Below, one piece after another: positions 50,501 to 64,000 of a stretch of DNA of 64,000 bases. This DNA is from Haliotis cracherodii. Taxonomy: Eukaryota. Position 1 is the stretch's first letter. Each line of letters starts with the position of its first letter. Position numbers and translations under genes: made by a program. The notes beneath the pieces are model-generated. The model was not told the origin of the DNA. It ran no database searches and saw nothing but the letters and a program-made list of their open reading frames with translations. Where the stretch lies: assembly GCF_022045235.1 (NCBI RefSeq), contig NW_027266308.1, forward strand, positions 31,062,001 to 31,126,000, in the 5' to 3' direction.

Positions 50501-53500
50501 CATGCATGTTGCTGTATAAGTGCAATAATCTTGGATGCGACGTCAAACCCCATCTCACCTCACCAGGATACTAACATTTTGCTCAAGTGCATCATCAAGT
50601 TTAAGGCTGTGCCTTAAGTGTTTAAGTGTGCCTGCACTCAAAACTTTTGAATGGACAGTGACAGACATATTATGATAGATTGTTTTCACACTTAGGTTAC
50701 ACATTTTGCATTTTTTGGTTTACGTTTCTTTGCAAACTTTTCAGATAGTGTTGGTTGAAATAAAAATAAGACATTTTCTTTGTGGACCAGTATTGTTTTT
50801 TTGTCATTTTGCATGTAAAGTAGTTTTAGTTGGTTAGTTTAGTAGGACCAAATGCTGTTTATAATGCAGGATAGTTACTGTTATTTACAGAACCATAACT
50901 TACATCTGAGAAGGTTTTCGTTCTTTAGGAGAGGTTATACTGGCCCTTACAACAATGCATTTAATCAATTATTATATAAATAACAACTTACTTTAATTTG
51001 TATGCTTTTTGTATTTGTATACTATTTACTTTTCTATCAAAGACGGATAAGTCGGACAATAAAATAAATTTAAACTAGTTTGTGTTCATTTTCCGATCAA
51101 TGAAGCCCATTTCTGGTGTCCCTTGTCGTGACATTGAGGGAATATTGCTAAAAGACAATACTCACTCACTCATTTTCTGATTGTGGCTTTTGTCTGGTCG
51201 AATCCTTAAGTCAAAATATAACCAAAGTGTTGCTTAATGTTGCCTGCAGAATGTAGTTTTAAGGTACCCAACCATGTAGCTAGTTAAGTGGTTTACATAT
51301 GACAGGAAAGTGAGGCCTTGACAGTACTTTTGCTGTTTAATTGCAGACACCGATTCTTGAAGGAACAGTTAGTCCAGTACAAGAAGTATGAAGAGTACCT
51401 GTTGAGAGTTATCGATGCCATGCCAGAGGGTGAGCAAATGTTGTTTAATGCTGTAGTCAGCAATACCATCGTACATGAAAGTGGCTTGGATGAGTCAGCC
51501 AGTGGCTGATAGCATGACCATCAATCCATGCTGGCAGTTTACAGTAACATACAATCAGCCTGGGCCACAACTAAGGATCGTTTCAGAGGATTGCTTTGTG
51601 GAACAGGCCCCTGTCCACATCGTAACTACCGATTCCCATGTTTGTTGACCCTAACGACTATCATGGGGATTGTGGGGCCTGTTCTGACCCAAAAAGGTAA
51701 CTTTGAGGCAGAGATGGGAGGAGACAAAGTCATATTGATCATTTTTAGTTAATGTAGCAATAAAACATAAACCCACCGTGATAGTCCTGGACATATAGTC
51801 ATGGTGATGAGTCAGCATCAAGTCTTACAATAGTGGATTGGTTCTGGGAATGTTGTATTTTATCACGCAAATGTGTTTTGGGATGGTAAATATCCTATAT
51901 TTGGAATAAACCTTGTATTTAGTGAACCTAATGTAACCTCTTCATCATGTGATGTCATTCTTAAATTCTATCGTCGAAAAAAGTATTCTTATCTCTTAAA
52001 AGCAATATCTAAACATTTTTCTTGAATGTGTGCATTAATATATTAGGTCAGAAGATCAAGTGATTAGTCAGTTGGTCAGTCAATGTCGTTCCAAGTGAAA
52101 GTTGTTTTAGACAGTGGCATAACTACCATATCGGCCAAAAGACAATTGTCTACACATAATTTTCAATGTCAGTGATCGCCTTTTGCAGCAATCCATTGGT
52201 CCGCCATCTAGAGTAATTGCCATTTGCATCCTTTCTCATGTCTTCCTGTTCTTTAAACATCTAGATGCCAATCATAGACATTGTGATTTTGAAGTTAACA
52301 GGAATGACAGGAATCATATGACAGGTAGTGTTGATGACCAACTTTGTTACAGGTGTAGTGAGGTTCTAATGTAGATACTGTTACCAAGCAAGTGATCTTG
52401 CTTGATATTATATATTAAAATGACAGTGTTAGGATCTAAGTTTCAATTGTAGATGCATTTACCACTCACCGGTGTAAGGTGTAGTATTTTGAGCCTATTC
52501 CGCAGGTGCCAGAAAGGCTTTTATCAAGATTGTTTTGAAGAATGGGTATACCAGTTTGCACTAGTGTATCAAGGCTTCTATATATAGGTCACTTTGTAAA
52601 CAGCATATTGTAGGCTGTGATGTATACAATAATATGAGGAGAGTTGAGTTTGTGGTTGTTTGTAGATTATCTGCCTTCGTCGGAGGACAAGCTGAAGGGG
52701 CTGATGATGAGGCACCGGACGCTGAGCGAGTCAAACAAGGACCTGGTCAACAATCTGGTGGCCATGGAGGACGAGGTGGGTGTACACAGGGCAGGGGGCA
52801 GAGGGTGGGAGTCGTACATAGGGTGGGTGGGTGTACAAATGGTGGGTGGTGAGTGGGCAGTTGGGTGTACACAGGGTGGAAGGAGGGTTGGCATACCATG
52901 GTGGAAGGTGGGGCACAGGGATGGGTGGTGCAGGTGGGTGGCATACTATCTTGGTGAATCGGGTGTACAAGGGGTGGATAATCGTGGAAGGGGACTACCC
53001 CTGAAGCAGTGTAACCATGGTAACCAGTATGTGGTATGTCCCCAGCTGGAGCATCTGAAGCTGAAGCTGGACGAGATGTCCCAGGACCACAACAAGCAGA
53101 AGGTGTCCATCAACTCCCAGCTGGCCCGGCTCCAGGAGAACCAGGAGACCAAGACCGACTCCAACCAGGAGAAGGAGCTCAACTTCGCCCTCACCAAGGG
53201 GGACCTCAGGAAGAGGGTGGGTAGTCTCTTATATAAACACAGACAATATCTAACACATTCCAAGCAAATCTGTGATAGGGCAAGTCTAGATTTCTTCAGG
53301 TCTGTAAATGATTACCACTAACCCAAACTATTTCATTTCAGAGAACAGAGTATGGTGTAATTCTCATGGCCATCGATAACATATATGAAAAATGTCGAAA
53401 AGTCATAGAACTCCCAGCAGAGAAAATGGAATTAGACGACAAACTACACAGAATCAAAGTGAGTAAAACATGCCAATCAACAACTGTCAATCATTAACTT

Positions 53501-54600
53501 ATTTCAGGTGAGGTGTAGTGACATAGAAATGCCTCATAAGAATATTGTGTTCTGTGACTAACGACATTTTAGTCATTGTGGCATTACAGGGAGGATGTCA
53601 CATTTCACCAAATTTGTTGGTTAATGCAATACTCTGCAATATTCCAGCTATATGACAGTGGTCTGAATATAATAAATTCTGAACCAGAAAAAACAGTGAT
53701 TGATATGATGAGAAATGTCTCACGTCACTGGGGTACGATGACATGCCATCATGCCACCTAGTTTGACCATCCGATTGATCAAGTCAACTCTTGCGACAGG
53801 CATAGGTTGCTGTGGGACCAATTCCTCCCTGGAATCCCCACGTGGTACTACGCCAAGTGTGAAGACGCTCTGTCAATCTGGAGAGATAATACATATTTAC
53901 TCTTAATTTGTAAGTGTTCTAAATATTTTAACACACAATGGATGATGTTATATTGACATACCCAATGGGGCTCTGGGTAAAACAAGTCCCAGGCACTTGT
54001 ATTGAAAGGCGACTTAATTGGATTGGGTGGGCAGACATGGATACATGGTTGACTGCATGTCATCACACTCCAATGACATGGGATCTGGCCAAGAATGGAT
54101 TAAATACAAGTTGTCGCGATGTAACTGGAGTATTGCTGCCACTGTGCTAGAAAAGCTACCCAAGTTCGCCAACTAAAATATGCGTTGACCACACTAAAAT
54201 ACAAACAACAAAGACATAGTTACTCTACAATACTTTAATAGCACTTTTAAACACTACATCCAAACTACTGCATTGATTATGATCATATCTTAGCTACTTT
54301 ATGGCGCAGCCTGAAGGAAAAACTAGGAACTCCTCTGTTGTCTGAAACCTCGCATGAGGACATCATCATAAATTAATAGTCACACTTATTGGCGCAAAGT
54401 CTACAAATAGATATACCCTGTTGCATCAATATAAACATGTTTATCTTCTTTGTCCGCAGGATCACCTCAATGACCGACAAGACGTAGCTCGCATGGCTCA
54501 TCCTGACAGTTCTTTTGTTGGAAGCCAAGCAGTCGAGTCTCACAAGGAGTCCAGGAAGGGGAAGAAGCGAGTCACATTAGTCATCAATGAAGTCTCCTAA
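47518..54600 (+). CDS. DUF4200-type coiled-coil protein (CCDC42/CFAP73/CCDC197 family), 358 aa
   Basis: Exons 47518-47594, 48511-48730, 49994-50151, 51347-51429, 52666-52775, 53046-53216, 53342-53458 and 54460-54600 give 1077 nt, open, all GT-AG. Family-like segments KFEKFIQENEAKRRRA, KKYEEYLLRVID, LMMRHRTL and YGVILMAIDNIYEKC. Exact ortholog not resolved. Confidence 0.9.
50236..50563 (+). mobile_element. tRNA-derived SINE family 3 (Meta-domain-like)
   Basis: tRNA-like head, ataccaaaagacgttaaaagatggtac block, (AC)n tract and cctca tail; homologous to 11361-11700. Confidence 0.78.
53615..54150. mobile_element. Two old head-to-head copies of SINE-like family 1
   Basis: Minus copy ~53615-53846 and plus copy 53960-54150, both carrying the TGGGG-loop variant of the head. 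Confidence 0.6.
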
Positions 54601-54870
54601 CTGCCAACATGTGGCCTACAGTGTTATTCCAGTACCCTGTGTATTCTGCCTAGAGTGTGAGCATCCCTGCAGCAGTGTGGACCAGTGTGCTAAGACGTGT
54701 GTATCCTGAAAAGAGAGTGTACTATGTTTTTGGTTTGCAAGAAGTCTTAGCTATGACTGGTAATATATTACCCATTGCCATATTAACAACGAAAATGAAG
54801 AAAAATGTTACAACGCTTCAGTGTAACATAGTCAAAGTCAACCTATATTTGTCTTTAATTAGTGACGTGA

Positions 54871-55042
54871 TGAAGAGTCCGTGGGGTAGCCTAGCGGTTA
54901 AAGCGCTTGCTTGTCACGCTGAAGGCCTGGGTTCGATTCCCCACATGGGTACAATGTGAAGTCCATTTCTGGTGTCCTCTGCCGTGATATTGCTGGAGTA
55001 TTGCTAAAAGCGGCATAAAACCATACTCACTCACTCACTCAC
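54871..55042 (+). mobile_element. tRNA-derived SINE family 2
   Basis: A and B boxes, (actc)n tail, TSD tagtgac(g/a)tga. Confidence 0.85.
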
Positions 55043-56820
55043 TAGTGACATGAACAAATGATGATGAAATATCTTAGTGCAGCAGTCGTGTCATATTGAT
55101 CCTAACAAGGTCATTACTTTGAGATTACATGCATGGGTTTTCACAAGATTGTGACAAAACGTAAAGTTATGATGGTTTGTTAGGCCAGTATTAAGACCTG
55201 CCAAGACTGGTTGGTTTCCTCCGTCTTGAATTTAATAGAAAGATGTCATCAATTTATGATATAGGTTTTTCATGACTAATTTGAGGCTCCATCCCTGAAT
55301 GGTCCAGCATATATGATATCAGTGCCATGTTATCTAAGTTGTGTTTACATTCAGAGATAAGTCTTTCAGAAAGAAGCACTCTGTCCTGGAGCAGAGTTAT
55401 TTTCCCATTGTGACATATAGGGTAGGCATTTGTAAATACCATATCATTGTTGTGTACATATATCTAGTTAAATTGTAGTCTGTTTGTAGTGATGATCTGT
55501 GTTATTGACAATTTATGTCAAAGTCATTTACATGACATATATTTATATGAATGTATCTAGCATGATGAATATTTTCTACATTTATTGATGACTTAATATT
55601 AAACATCTTTATTCCCAAATGTCATTCAAATTCAACATTTCTGATTCTTTTTCCTGGCTGACAATTTCTGTAGGCATGTAGAAATTAATTCATAATGGTG
55701 GATATCAGATTCCAAACAAATGGCATTAACAATTGAACACTAGCTCATGTAGTGCTTATGGTAATACCAGAAGTATGGTTCACAGTCTGATTAGAAAATG
55801 GGATTAGAATTAAAACTTAATTAATTATCATTATATCATTTTAAAAAAGCTAACATGGTTATACATATGGTATTCAAAATAACAGATTTCTAAAAAAAAT
55901 ACCTGGTAGTGCTTAATCTTAATTGGCATTTTGATTGTCACCAGTTATCACTAACAACTTACACATCAGTAACGTGGAATATTCAAGATATTACTTTATG
56001 AAGGCCAACCTATTTGGGTCACAGACTTATTTCAAAGGAACCCTGCAGTTGGATAAGGAAAAATAAGTACCCAAAATGTTTTTACCAAGAGTTAAAGCAA
56101 ACAAACACATCCAAAGTTCCTTCAGAAACAGTCAGTTTATCCCTTTCTTCTATGTCCAACCTTTGCAATATCAAATATACAGTACAACATGGTACAATAC
56201 ATGACGTACCCCCTGCTTAAATAATAACAAATATTTATGCTGAAATCCTGTTTGTCTGTAACCCCTGCTTACCAACATGACCAAACCAAACTATTTGGAA
56301 TGTCTGTATATATAATTTAAGGTTATCACAGCATGATCATGATTTCTGGATAATTCAACTTGGACAGTTACCGTCTGAAGAAACAGGGTTTCACTCTATC
56401 ATGTCTATATGATCAGCTAAATCAAAGCCAAGTATTTTCCGTTTATTCTCTGCACTTTTATAAAATTAGGATCTGTGATCGAAGTAATTACAAAAGTTGG
56501 CCTAATTTTGTCTTACTTGTAGTATTGCTGTATTTTCTATTCAAAGTACAGTGTAATGTGAATTGTTATGAAGGACTTCCACATCACTAGTGACCTTACC
56601 CATTCCTCCATTGTAGCATCTTCCACCCAAAGCCTATGACCGTAAGTGCTTTACAGTCTCAACCCCAGTTCTGTGATTGTGTAGAAGTCTTCCTGCTTGA
56701 CAGCATCAGGTTTAAGTGAGATATCTGTAGGTGTTTTTATAGATATTGTTATAGGATTGCAGCCATTACCATGAATCTTATTTCATATCAAAACACTAAA
56801 TGGTTTATAGTCGAAGGACA

Positions 56821-57111
56821 TTTAGCTCACCTAAATTGTTGTTGTCATCATCAGGTTTTAAAAAAATGCTTTTTTATGACTGTAGACAAAATTGATTTGT
56901 GAAATATAAGCCTATTTCAGGGACATATCAGGTCAAAATGACATTTTCAAAATGGCTGCAAGACGGTCATGTTTGAAGTCAGAATTCTAGGAGCAATTAA
57001 TGGATGCAATTGCATTGATCATACAAAATTTATTTTCATAGACTATGTGATTTTTAACATAATGCTGAAAATGTAAATGTTTAGGACAGACTTCAGTTAA
57101 GGTGAGCTAAA
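56821..57111. mobile_element. Small element with tttagctcacct/aggtgagctaaa inverted ends (Helentron/pearl-like)
   Basis: 12-bp perfect inverted repeat at 56821-56832 and 57100-57111. Confidence 0.5.
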
Positions 57112-57936
57112 CATTTGTCGACAGTTCTTATTTATACTTGATGCCCCATACTTGCCCCCCTTGATGTCAGCATTGCACAGTTTCTTGAGCATAACCCATC
57201 ATTATTTGTGATGATTTAATCCTTGTTCTTCCCTTGTATTAGACTGGATTGAGTCTTCAATGTGGAATAAAAACATTGTGAGCAATATCTGTAATTATGT
57301 ATACATTCAATTAATTATATCCTTTGTAATTATTTTCAGGGATTTAGAAACTATTACTGGTATTTGTAAAATCTATTGTTATTATGATTAGACAATGAGA
57401 TATATCTCATAAACCCGTCTATACTTGTTTGTACAGTAACCTACTTAGATTGGGTCTCTATTCTAATATCAAAAAGTGTAACAAAACAAGGAAACAAACA
57501 GATGCCATGAGGATTAGAGGTTAATGCATTCAGAACTCACTTGTGGCGGTGGGGTAGCTGTCACACCGAAGGCCTGGGCTCTATCCCCAACACGGGTACA
57601 ATGTGTGAAGCCCATTTATGATGATATTGCTGGAGTATTGAAAAAAAAAAGTCAAAACACTCACCCTGAACTCACTTAATGCCAATAACTAAAATTTACC
57701 TCAGATTTTGTTTTAAACAATCTCATTTAAATCAGATCTTAGTATTCACTACCGCTAAGTTTATTTCAGGTGGTTAGACACAGTGACTTGGTTGATTGCA
57801 TGTCGACTGACTCTGACCCATAGGATAACATGTTCATAACACTGATCACTGGTCTGTTTGGTCCACACCTTAGTATTTACAGGCTGCTGTGATATGCCGG
57901 AGTATTAACGACTGCCTATTTAGCAACAAACAAAAT

Positions 57937-58900
57937 ACACTCAGCAGCAAAAGTTCCTGGGACACTGGAACTGCCAATTTAACAACAAACAAAATATACT
58001 CAGCAAAAAAGTTCCTGTGACACCCGGTTGCATACAAGAAAAAACTTTCTGTGTTTAAATTGGATACGAAAATATGAAAACATGTAGCACAAACGCAACC
58101 TCAGCAGAAAAATATGATCTGATGGCAAAAAGTGTCTTTCATGTAGGAACCATGCAATTGATGATGTAAACCAGGGTATTAAAGCATGTGTGTTGTAGGG
58201 ATTAGAGTGTCATTCAAGATTGTTGGATTCGAACCTCCCATCTGCAAAATCGGTTCCAGCCTGCAACAATCATTGCGAGAACCATCCCTGGCCTTTGTCA
58301 ATTATCGGCACAGATTGTACATCGCCATCGTAGACGTTACGGGATTGTTGTGAGGAGACCAGCCAGACACCCAATTCTGATCAACAATCACCGCTGATTG
58401 CGTCTGCAGTTATGTAGAAAGTGAGTGCGTTGACGGCAAATGAGTGGATACCAACGAGTCTCATTTTCACAGCAATGGCCGAATATGAGGACACTGACGT
58501 CATAGTGAACTGAGTTGTGGAGGAGGCCCAACCCAATGTTGCCTGGACAAGCACTTGGACAGAACAACATGAATGTGATCCCATGGCCTGCTGGCTCTCC
58601 AGATCTTTCTCTAATCGAACACATGTGGGATGAAATGGACCGCGGTCTCCGACGTTTACCACATGCTCCGACTACAGTACAGGAACTGAGAAACAGGCTG
58701 GTGGCGATATGGGATGCCATAACACAAAACTATGTTAGATGTTTGATCCGATCAGTGCGAAGCAAATGCATTGTATGCATCCAAGAAAGAGGGACATGCG
58801 CTTCAGACGTGTGAATTGACAATTCTGTCCTTACATCTTTCTCTTGTCATAACATCATTTCTGTGATAGACATGTGTCATTAAATGTGCAAACTGGTTTT
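57937..58900 (+). mobile_element. Degenerate Tc1-like remnant
   Basis: Left end tacactcagc..aaaagttcctg.gacac duplicated at ~57937 and ~57997; ORF 58515-58814 contains NVIPWPAGSPDLSLIEHMWD. Confidence 0.8.
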
Positions 58901-61347
58901 ACTGGTCCATTGTCTGAAAATATGAATTCTTTCAGATGTATGCGTCTGCTTCGATCAGGTTCTTGTTTCATATCATGTCACAGGAACTTCTATTGCAGAG
59001 TATACAAACAGGGCCAATTTCTAGTTGTGTAATCAGATTGCGACAGTGAGGTTGAATGTATATCAATGCTGTGAGAATTACTTGTGTCATATCAAGTCGT
59101 AACATTGCCCTAACTGTATCTATGATGACATTCAAGCTTGCCATGTTCAGTTCATCAGCAGGAGAGAGCATACAATATTGTTCTAGACTGAACTAACCAT
59201 AAACATCATAAGAACATATTCTAATTATTCACCCATTAACATTGGATGCTAAAGTTATAAAAATACTTTACTTTCTACCATGTAATAATTTATCAAGGAT
59301 TTCAAACTGTGAGTAAAATAAATTAAATGTTCCTACCAACTATTCTTATCAAAATTGGTAGTATTTGAACAACAACCTTTAATCATTTCAGCTGTTCACA
59401 TGACTGTAGTTGAGATCATGTGCATGTCATCTCCCACCATGTGGTCAGCTAGGTGAGGTCAGGCCGTGGGACACAACGCCTGTTTGCCGTTACCTGACCG
59501 TCTAATTCTGGAGTGTAATACACACAGATAACCTAAAAAATTGTACTGAGTAAGCACCACCCCTTGTTTTATCAGGCAGAGGTTATACAGGTCAAACAGA
59601 AATCAATGTCAGGGAGGTGATTAGACTGGACCAGTCTCCATTTTATTATAACAAAATGTAAATAAATTCCCCTCATGACCTTTAATAACATGTAATAACA
59701 AGGCTATCAAATTGATAATTTGCATTACGAACACACCATGGATGAGGAGGAAATGTATCTTGGATTGTTTTTTATTACTTTTTAAAATTTATCTTGAAAA
59801 CAGGGAAAACATTAATACCACCATAAATGCAACAAAAATCAAAGTAAATTCTGAAGTGAATTTTGGCACCTTAGATGGCTGGAAAACCTTGTGTTCTGTG
59901 AATCTTCGACAGAAAGTTTCCTTTACATCAGCAAAATGCCCATTTGGAACAATGAATACTCAAACAGACAACATCAACAGTGTTAACAACAAAATCTCTT
60001 TATTCTGAACCAAGATATTTGTGGCAAAGATCTACAAATTACAAACATCTCTATACAAATAACACAGTAATAGGGTCAAGCTTTTCCACCTAACAGCCCT
60101 GATAGAGAATAACTAATGATACTTGCCTCGAAATGTAGGTAACAGTGATAACCACACTGGCACATTATATGTTCCCAGTACATGTCCTACAGTAAAATAC
60201 CATCAGGGTACTGAATGGTTTCATTGTAGCACCATATATTGTCTACCTGGTCAATCTCTTATACAATCAAGTCTTTGAAAGGCATTTAGAAGAGATACAC
60301 ATAAGGAGGAGAATTTATGGATGTCAACTTCTTTATTATGAGGAACACAACGTTGTGTTCCTCATAATAAAGAAGTTGACATCCATAAATTCTCCTTATC
60401 TTATATAATGTACCAGATCTTAATAACGAATTGCTAGTCATAGAATGTCTTGGGCTTGATGAAATCAATTTGTAAAGTTAATACTACAAAATTAGAATTA
60501 ATAATTTTCTTGCTATGACTTATGTTAAGGAAGGATATTTCAAATCACTAAAAATATTATTTATTTCTGTCTCTTGAGACCTCATGAATCATTTTACACC
60601 AACCACTAAATAATCTTATCTCAGAAGAACCAGATAACTAGTGTATTCTTCCATGGAGTTTATTCGACAGAGCAATCTTACATTACGACTGTCATACCAT
60701 CATACTTTAACAAAGACAAAGGCGTTTCGACTGCTGTGTAGAACGAGCCCTGTTCGTAAAGTAACAAGGAAAACAGTATTTTCATAGATCTCAAAAATTT
60801 AACAACTGGTAAATTTGGGAAATAAATTCTCAAACCAACTCACTAACTCCTCCCAGAATGTGGTAGGTCTGTACACATGTCAGGTGACTACAGGGCATGT
60901 AACCATGGTGACAGAACATCCGGTACCTCATCTTAACTGGAATGGTAAGTACCTACAGCGATGGCAACGTGGGTGTTGACAGATGACATGGTGGCACCAC
61001 ACACTACAGCACAAGTCAGGGATGAATACAGTCATCACGTGCATGGCCAGTCTAAAAACTGTAAAGTGGTTGATGGTTTGGGTGAAAAATGTAAAACATA
61101 GTGCATGGTTATTTTGAATCTGGGTTGTATTTCCAGTCATTGTACAGAACAGATGTGTTACATGCTGCTGAGTGAGTGTGTTTGTGAGTATAATTTAACA
61201 CTGCTATTAGCAATACAAATCAATCTTACAGCAGAGAGACTGACACTGAGAATAGGCTTCACACATGTAAGATTTGAACACAGGACGTTGGCATGATGTA
61301 CGCTTTAACAATTTGACTACTAACTACCCAAAATTCGTAAGGAGGGA

Positions 61348-61883
61348 CATCTTCTTGGGGCAAGAGAGTTAACTGACTTTAAAAGCCCAGTTTCCACCCT
61401 TGCCGAACTGGGCTGGAATTCCTGGGCTCGTTCGTAGCGCCACCAGTGGTTATTATGAGTTATGTCCCTTCTGACCTCTCATATAAGGACCAATCCGATT
61501 CCATCACTTGCATTTGTTTCAAACAAAATGGCGGTGCCCAGTCAAGACGATAGGATCGATAATCAAGATCTATATTGTAATAAAACAGGTCTTACATAGC
61601 GAAGTGCATCAAATCACGCGAGCACCTTGATTGAAAACATGAAAAGGTTTGGAAAATATCTGTTGACAACGAGTTGGCGGTGCACATACTTTGGAAATCC
61701 TGCAATCGACCTAAATCTTCACGACAATTTACGACCCGATTTCGATTTCGTTGCGAGATTTGGATTGGACTATGCACAGACTCGTTAGTCCAGCCAAACT
61801 GTAACTCCATAATACCAGCCTTGTTCGGCAAGGGAGGAAACTGGACTTTTAAAGTCAGTTAACACCTTTGCCTCGGGAAGATG
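61348..61883. mobile_element. 536-bp MITE with ~70-bp TIRs and 9-bp TSD
   Basis: TIRs catcttc....ggcaa...gttaactgactttaaaag.ccagtttcc.cccttgccgaac at both ends; TSD aaggaggga at 61339-61347 and 61884-61892. Confidence 0.88.
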
Positions 61884-64000
61884 AAGGAGGGAAGGAGGTA
61901 CTTCACAGTCAATATTCTTGTACAATGTCCCTAGGAGGAGGTGGCTTTAAGTGGTGCATTTGTGCCTAATCCCTTTGTCTTTTTGGGCAATAAAATATTT
62001 TGAAAACAAGTGAGCTAGATAAATATCACTTTCTGCCACATTAGTAATTTTACAGCTATTCTTGGTTTTTTTTCAGAAATTCATATCATCTGCACTATTT
62101 CCAAAAACAATAAATGCCTGACCCACACAACTATAAATAACTTGTTATCTTATCATGAGTACTAGATAAAGGACAATACACAAGATTTAACTCAAACATG
62201 GTCATGTTCAACAAGCTGCTGATTGACCAATCACGGCCACTAACAACAACACAATAATTGACCATTAGACCAAACCAATTTAATTACTTGTTACAGACCC
62301 GCCTGGCACTGAAAGCTGAGTAAAAAAGAAAAAGAGAGTTAAATTTTGTGACATAAAATAATCATGTCTGTTTATCTTTTGTATCATATTGTACAATCAT
62401 CTCTCATCTCATTGTACACAAGATACATATGGTAATATGCACAAGGAGCATGTTTGTTCCCTCCTGCCTTGAGGTATTTGGGATGAAAGGATCTGTAAAC
62501 AAACAATTAAAATTGTTGGGCCTTATTATGATTATAAATAAGGTATAAAAGGGAATGCCTCACATTGGAGGAGCACCTACAACACACCACAAGCATTCAA
62601 TGCACTGAAAACGCTAACATGATTCTATTTGGCAAATTATTTGTGATGTCAATGTATCCTATCCTAATACACCAAAGATGAAAAGGATTGCCACAGGTTA
62701 AGGAACCCATGACTGCTATTCTATCAGTGTAGCTAAAATAATTTCATGTTGATGTACAGTACACATTCTATCTTTCTTTGATGCAATGTCTAGTTTGGTA
62801 AAAAGATCACTTTCTGTTACGGATGCACGCCAATGCACACCACCGTGGTTACAAAGGAAATGCTACTTTTCTATTCAGAACATAATAAAACACAATAACC
62901 TGAATTTCCGTACAAGTATTCGCTTAGGAAAGAAATTACATTTTGGCTACACTATAGAAATAAACCTAGGTAAACTGCAGAAAATAATTTGATAATATTA
63001 TTTTTTTCTACACTGAATAGCATAGAAATAGCGCCATGTTGAAATGTGTACATACTAAAAAGCACCAGATTTTCTTAAGCTTAACTTCTACAAAATCTCT
63101 AATGTTCATAAACAAGTTTCAAAACCTTGTGACATTTAAGACATCTGTATAGGGTGAAAGTCAAGTTTACCCTCACAAAAACTTATCAAACACTTATCAA
63201 AAAGGAAAAACCTCTTAGAAAATCACATGTACATTCAACATATATGTGGAATCATTGCACAGGACTGTAAACTGTTATAGAGAAAAACCTTAAAAACATC
63301 CATGGTGATTTATCAAAGATCCCATTCAGTCCCTGTGAAACAAGGTTCATAGACACCAAGTTGTGACCACAATACAACCGGCCCATCAAACATCACTCTC
63401 TACCGCACGTTCAACAAGAATACAAAAGACACAATTGCACTGCTAGGTAACAGTCACACGACACCCAAACATGTTAAACACTGTCACTAGTGTGGGTGGA
63501 TACATATTGGAAGGTGAAAAAATATGATACAATTCTCATCTGTAGTATAAAACTTAGTTCTGCCCGCAGAACGACCAAATCTTCAAACAGCTTCAAAGAC
63601 CGCTGTCACACGAAGATATGCTTATGATATTTACAGACAGTACAAAAATTTAGATTTGACATCATGTACAAACTGGCATTGTATTGTTATTTCACTAAAA
63701 TTCTTGATAAACTTGTCATAAATCATACATTTCTAAGGCCAAAACATGTTGTAAATATGAATTTGTAATCATCCTACATTGTTTCAATAGTTTTATTAAA
63801 GGAATAAAATCAATAATTTATATTTTTCCTACTTTCAGGATATTGATGAAGATACTCTGTAAAAAAAAGAAATATGTTTACATGTTTTTTCAGAAAAAGG
63901 TATATTTGTTGACTGAAGCCCAGTATGAACTTGTGTTGTATTTCAAAGACTGAAACACACAGCATAGTCATCTCCATACTACATATGTTACATCTACTCT

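Noticed and set aside
59000-64000. Protein-coding gene in the right-hand 5 kb
   Set aside because: Only short ORFs with no recognisable motifs or consistent splice chain; may be intergenic or the 3'UTR of a gene outside the window.

Overview
AT-rich, intron-containing eukaryotic DNA. The repeat landscape looks molluscan (gastropod, abalone-like); that taxon call is inference. I spliced the genes by hand using GT-AG sites and phase. (1) A minus-strand tandem cluster of four countin-like (saposin-B domain) secreted-protein genes with a shared 7-exon layout: paralog A 1471-8049 (exons 6-7 lie left of the window), B 12029-16835, C 22069-29362 and D 42475-46102. (2) Between C and D, an intact tRNA-Glu(TTC) and a Ser/Thr kinase with three coding exons and an N-terminal signal-anchor-like segment. 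(3) An 8-exon plus-strand DUF4200-type (CCDC42/CFAP73/CCDC197-like) coiled-coil gene, head-to-head with D. The rest is transposon debris: mariner and Tc1 remnants, CR1-type, I/Nimb-type and Penelope-type fragments, four SINE-like families and several MITEs. There is also a 51-bp minisatellite beside a 157-N gap. The most interesting signal is a short retroposon family with no tRNA head. Its TSD-defined 5' end falls at the start of a pseudoknot-plus-hairpin RNA fold, and copies in this window show compensatory base changes in that fold. It is a candidate 5'-end-defining structured RNA or ribozyme, and the same module has been amplified into the minisatellite.
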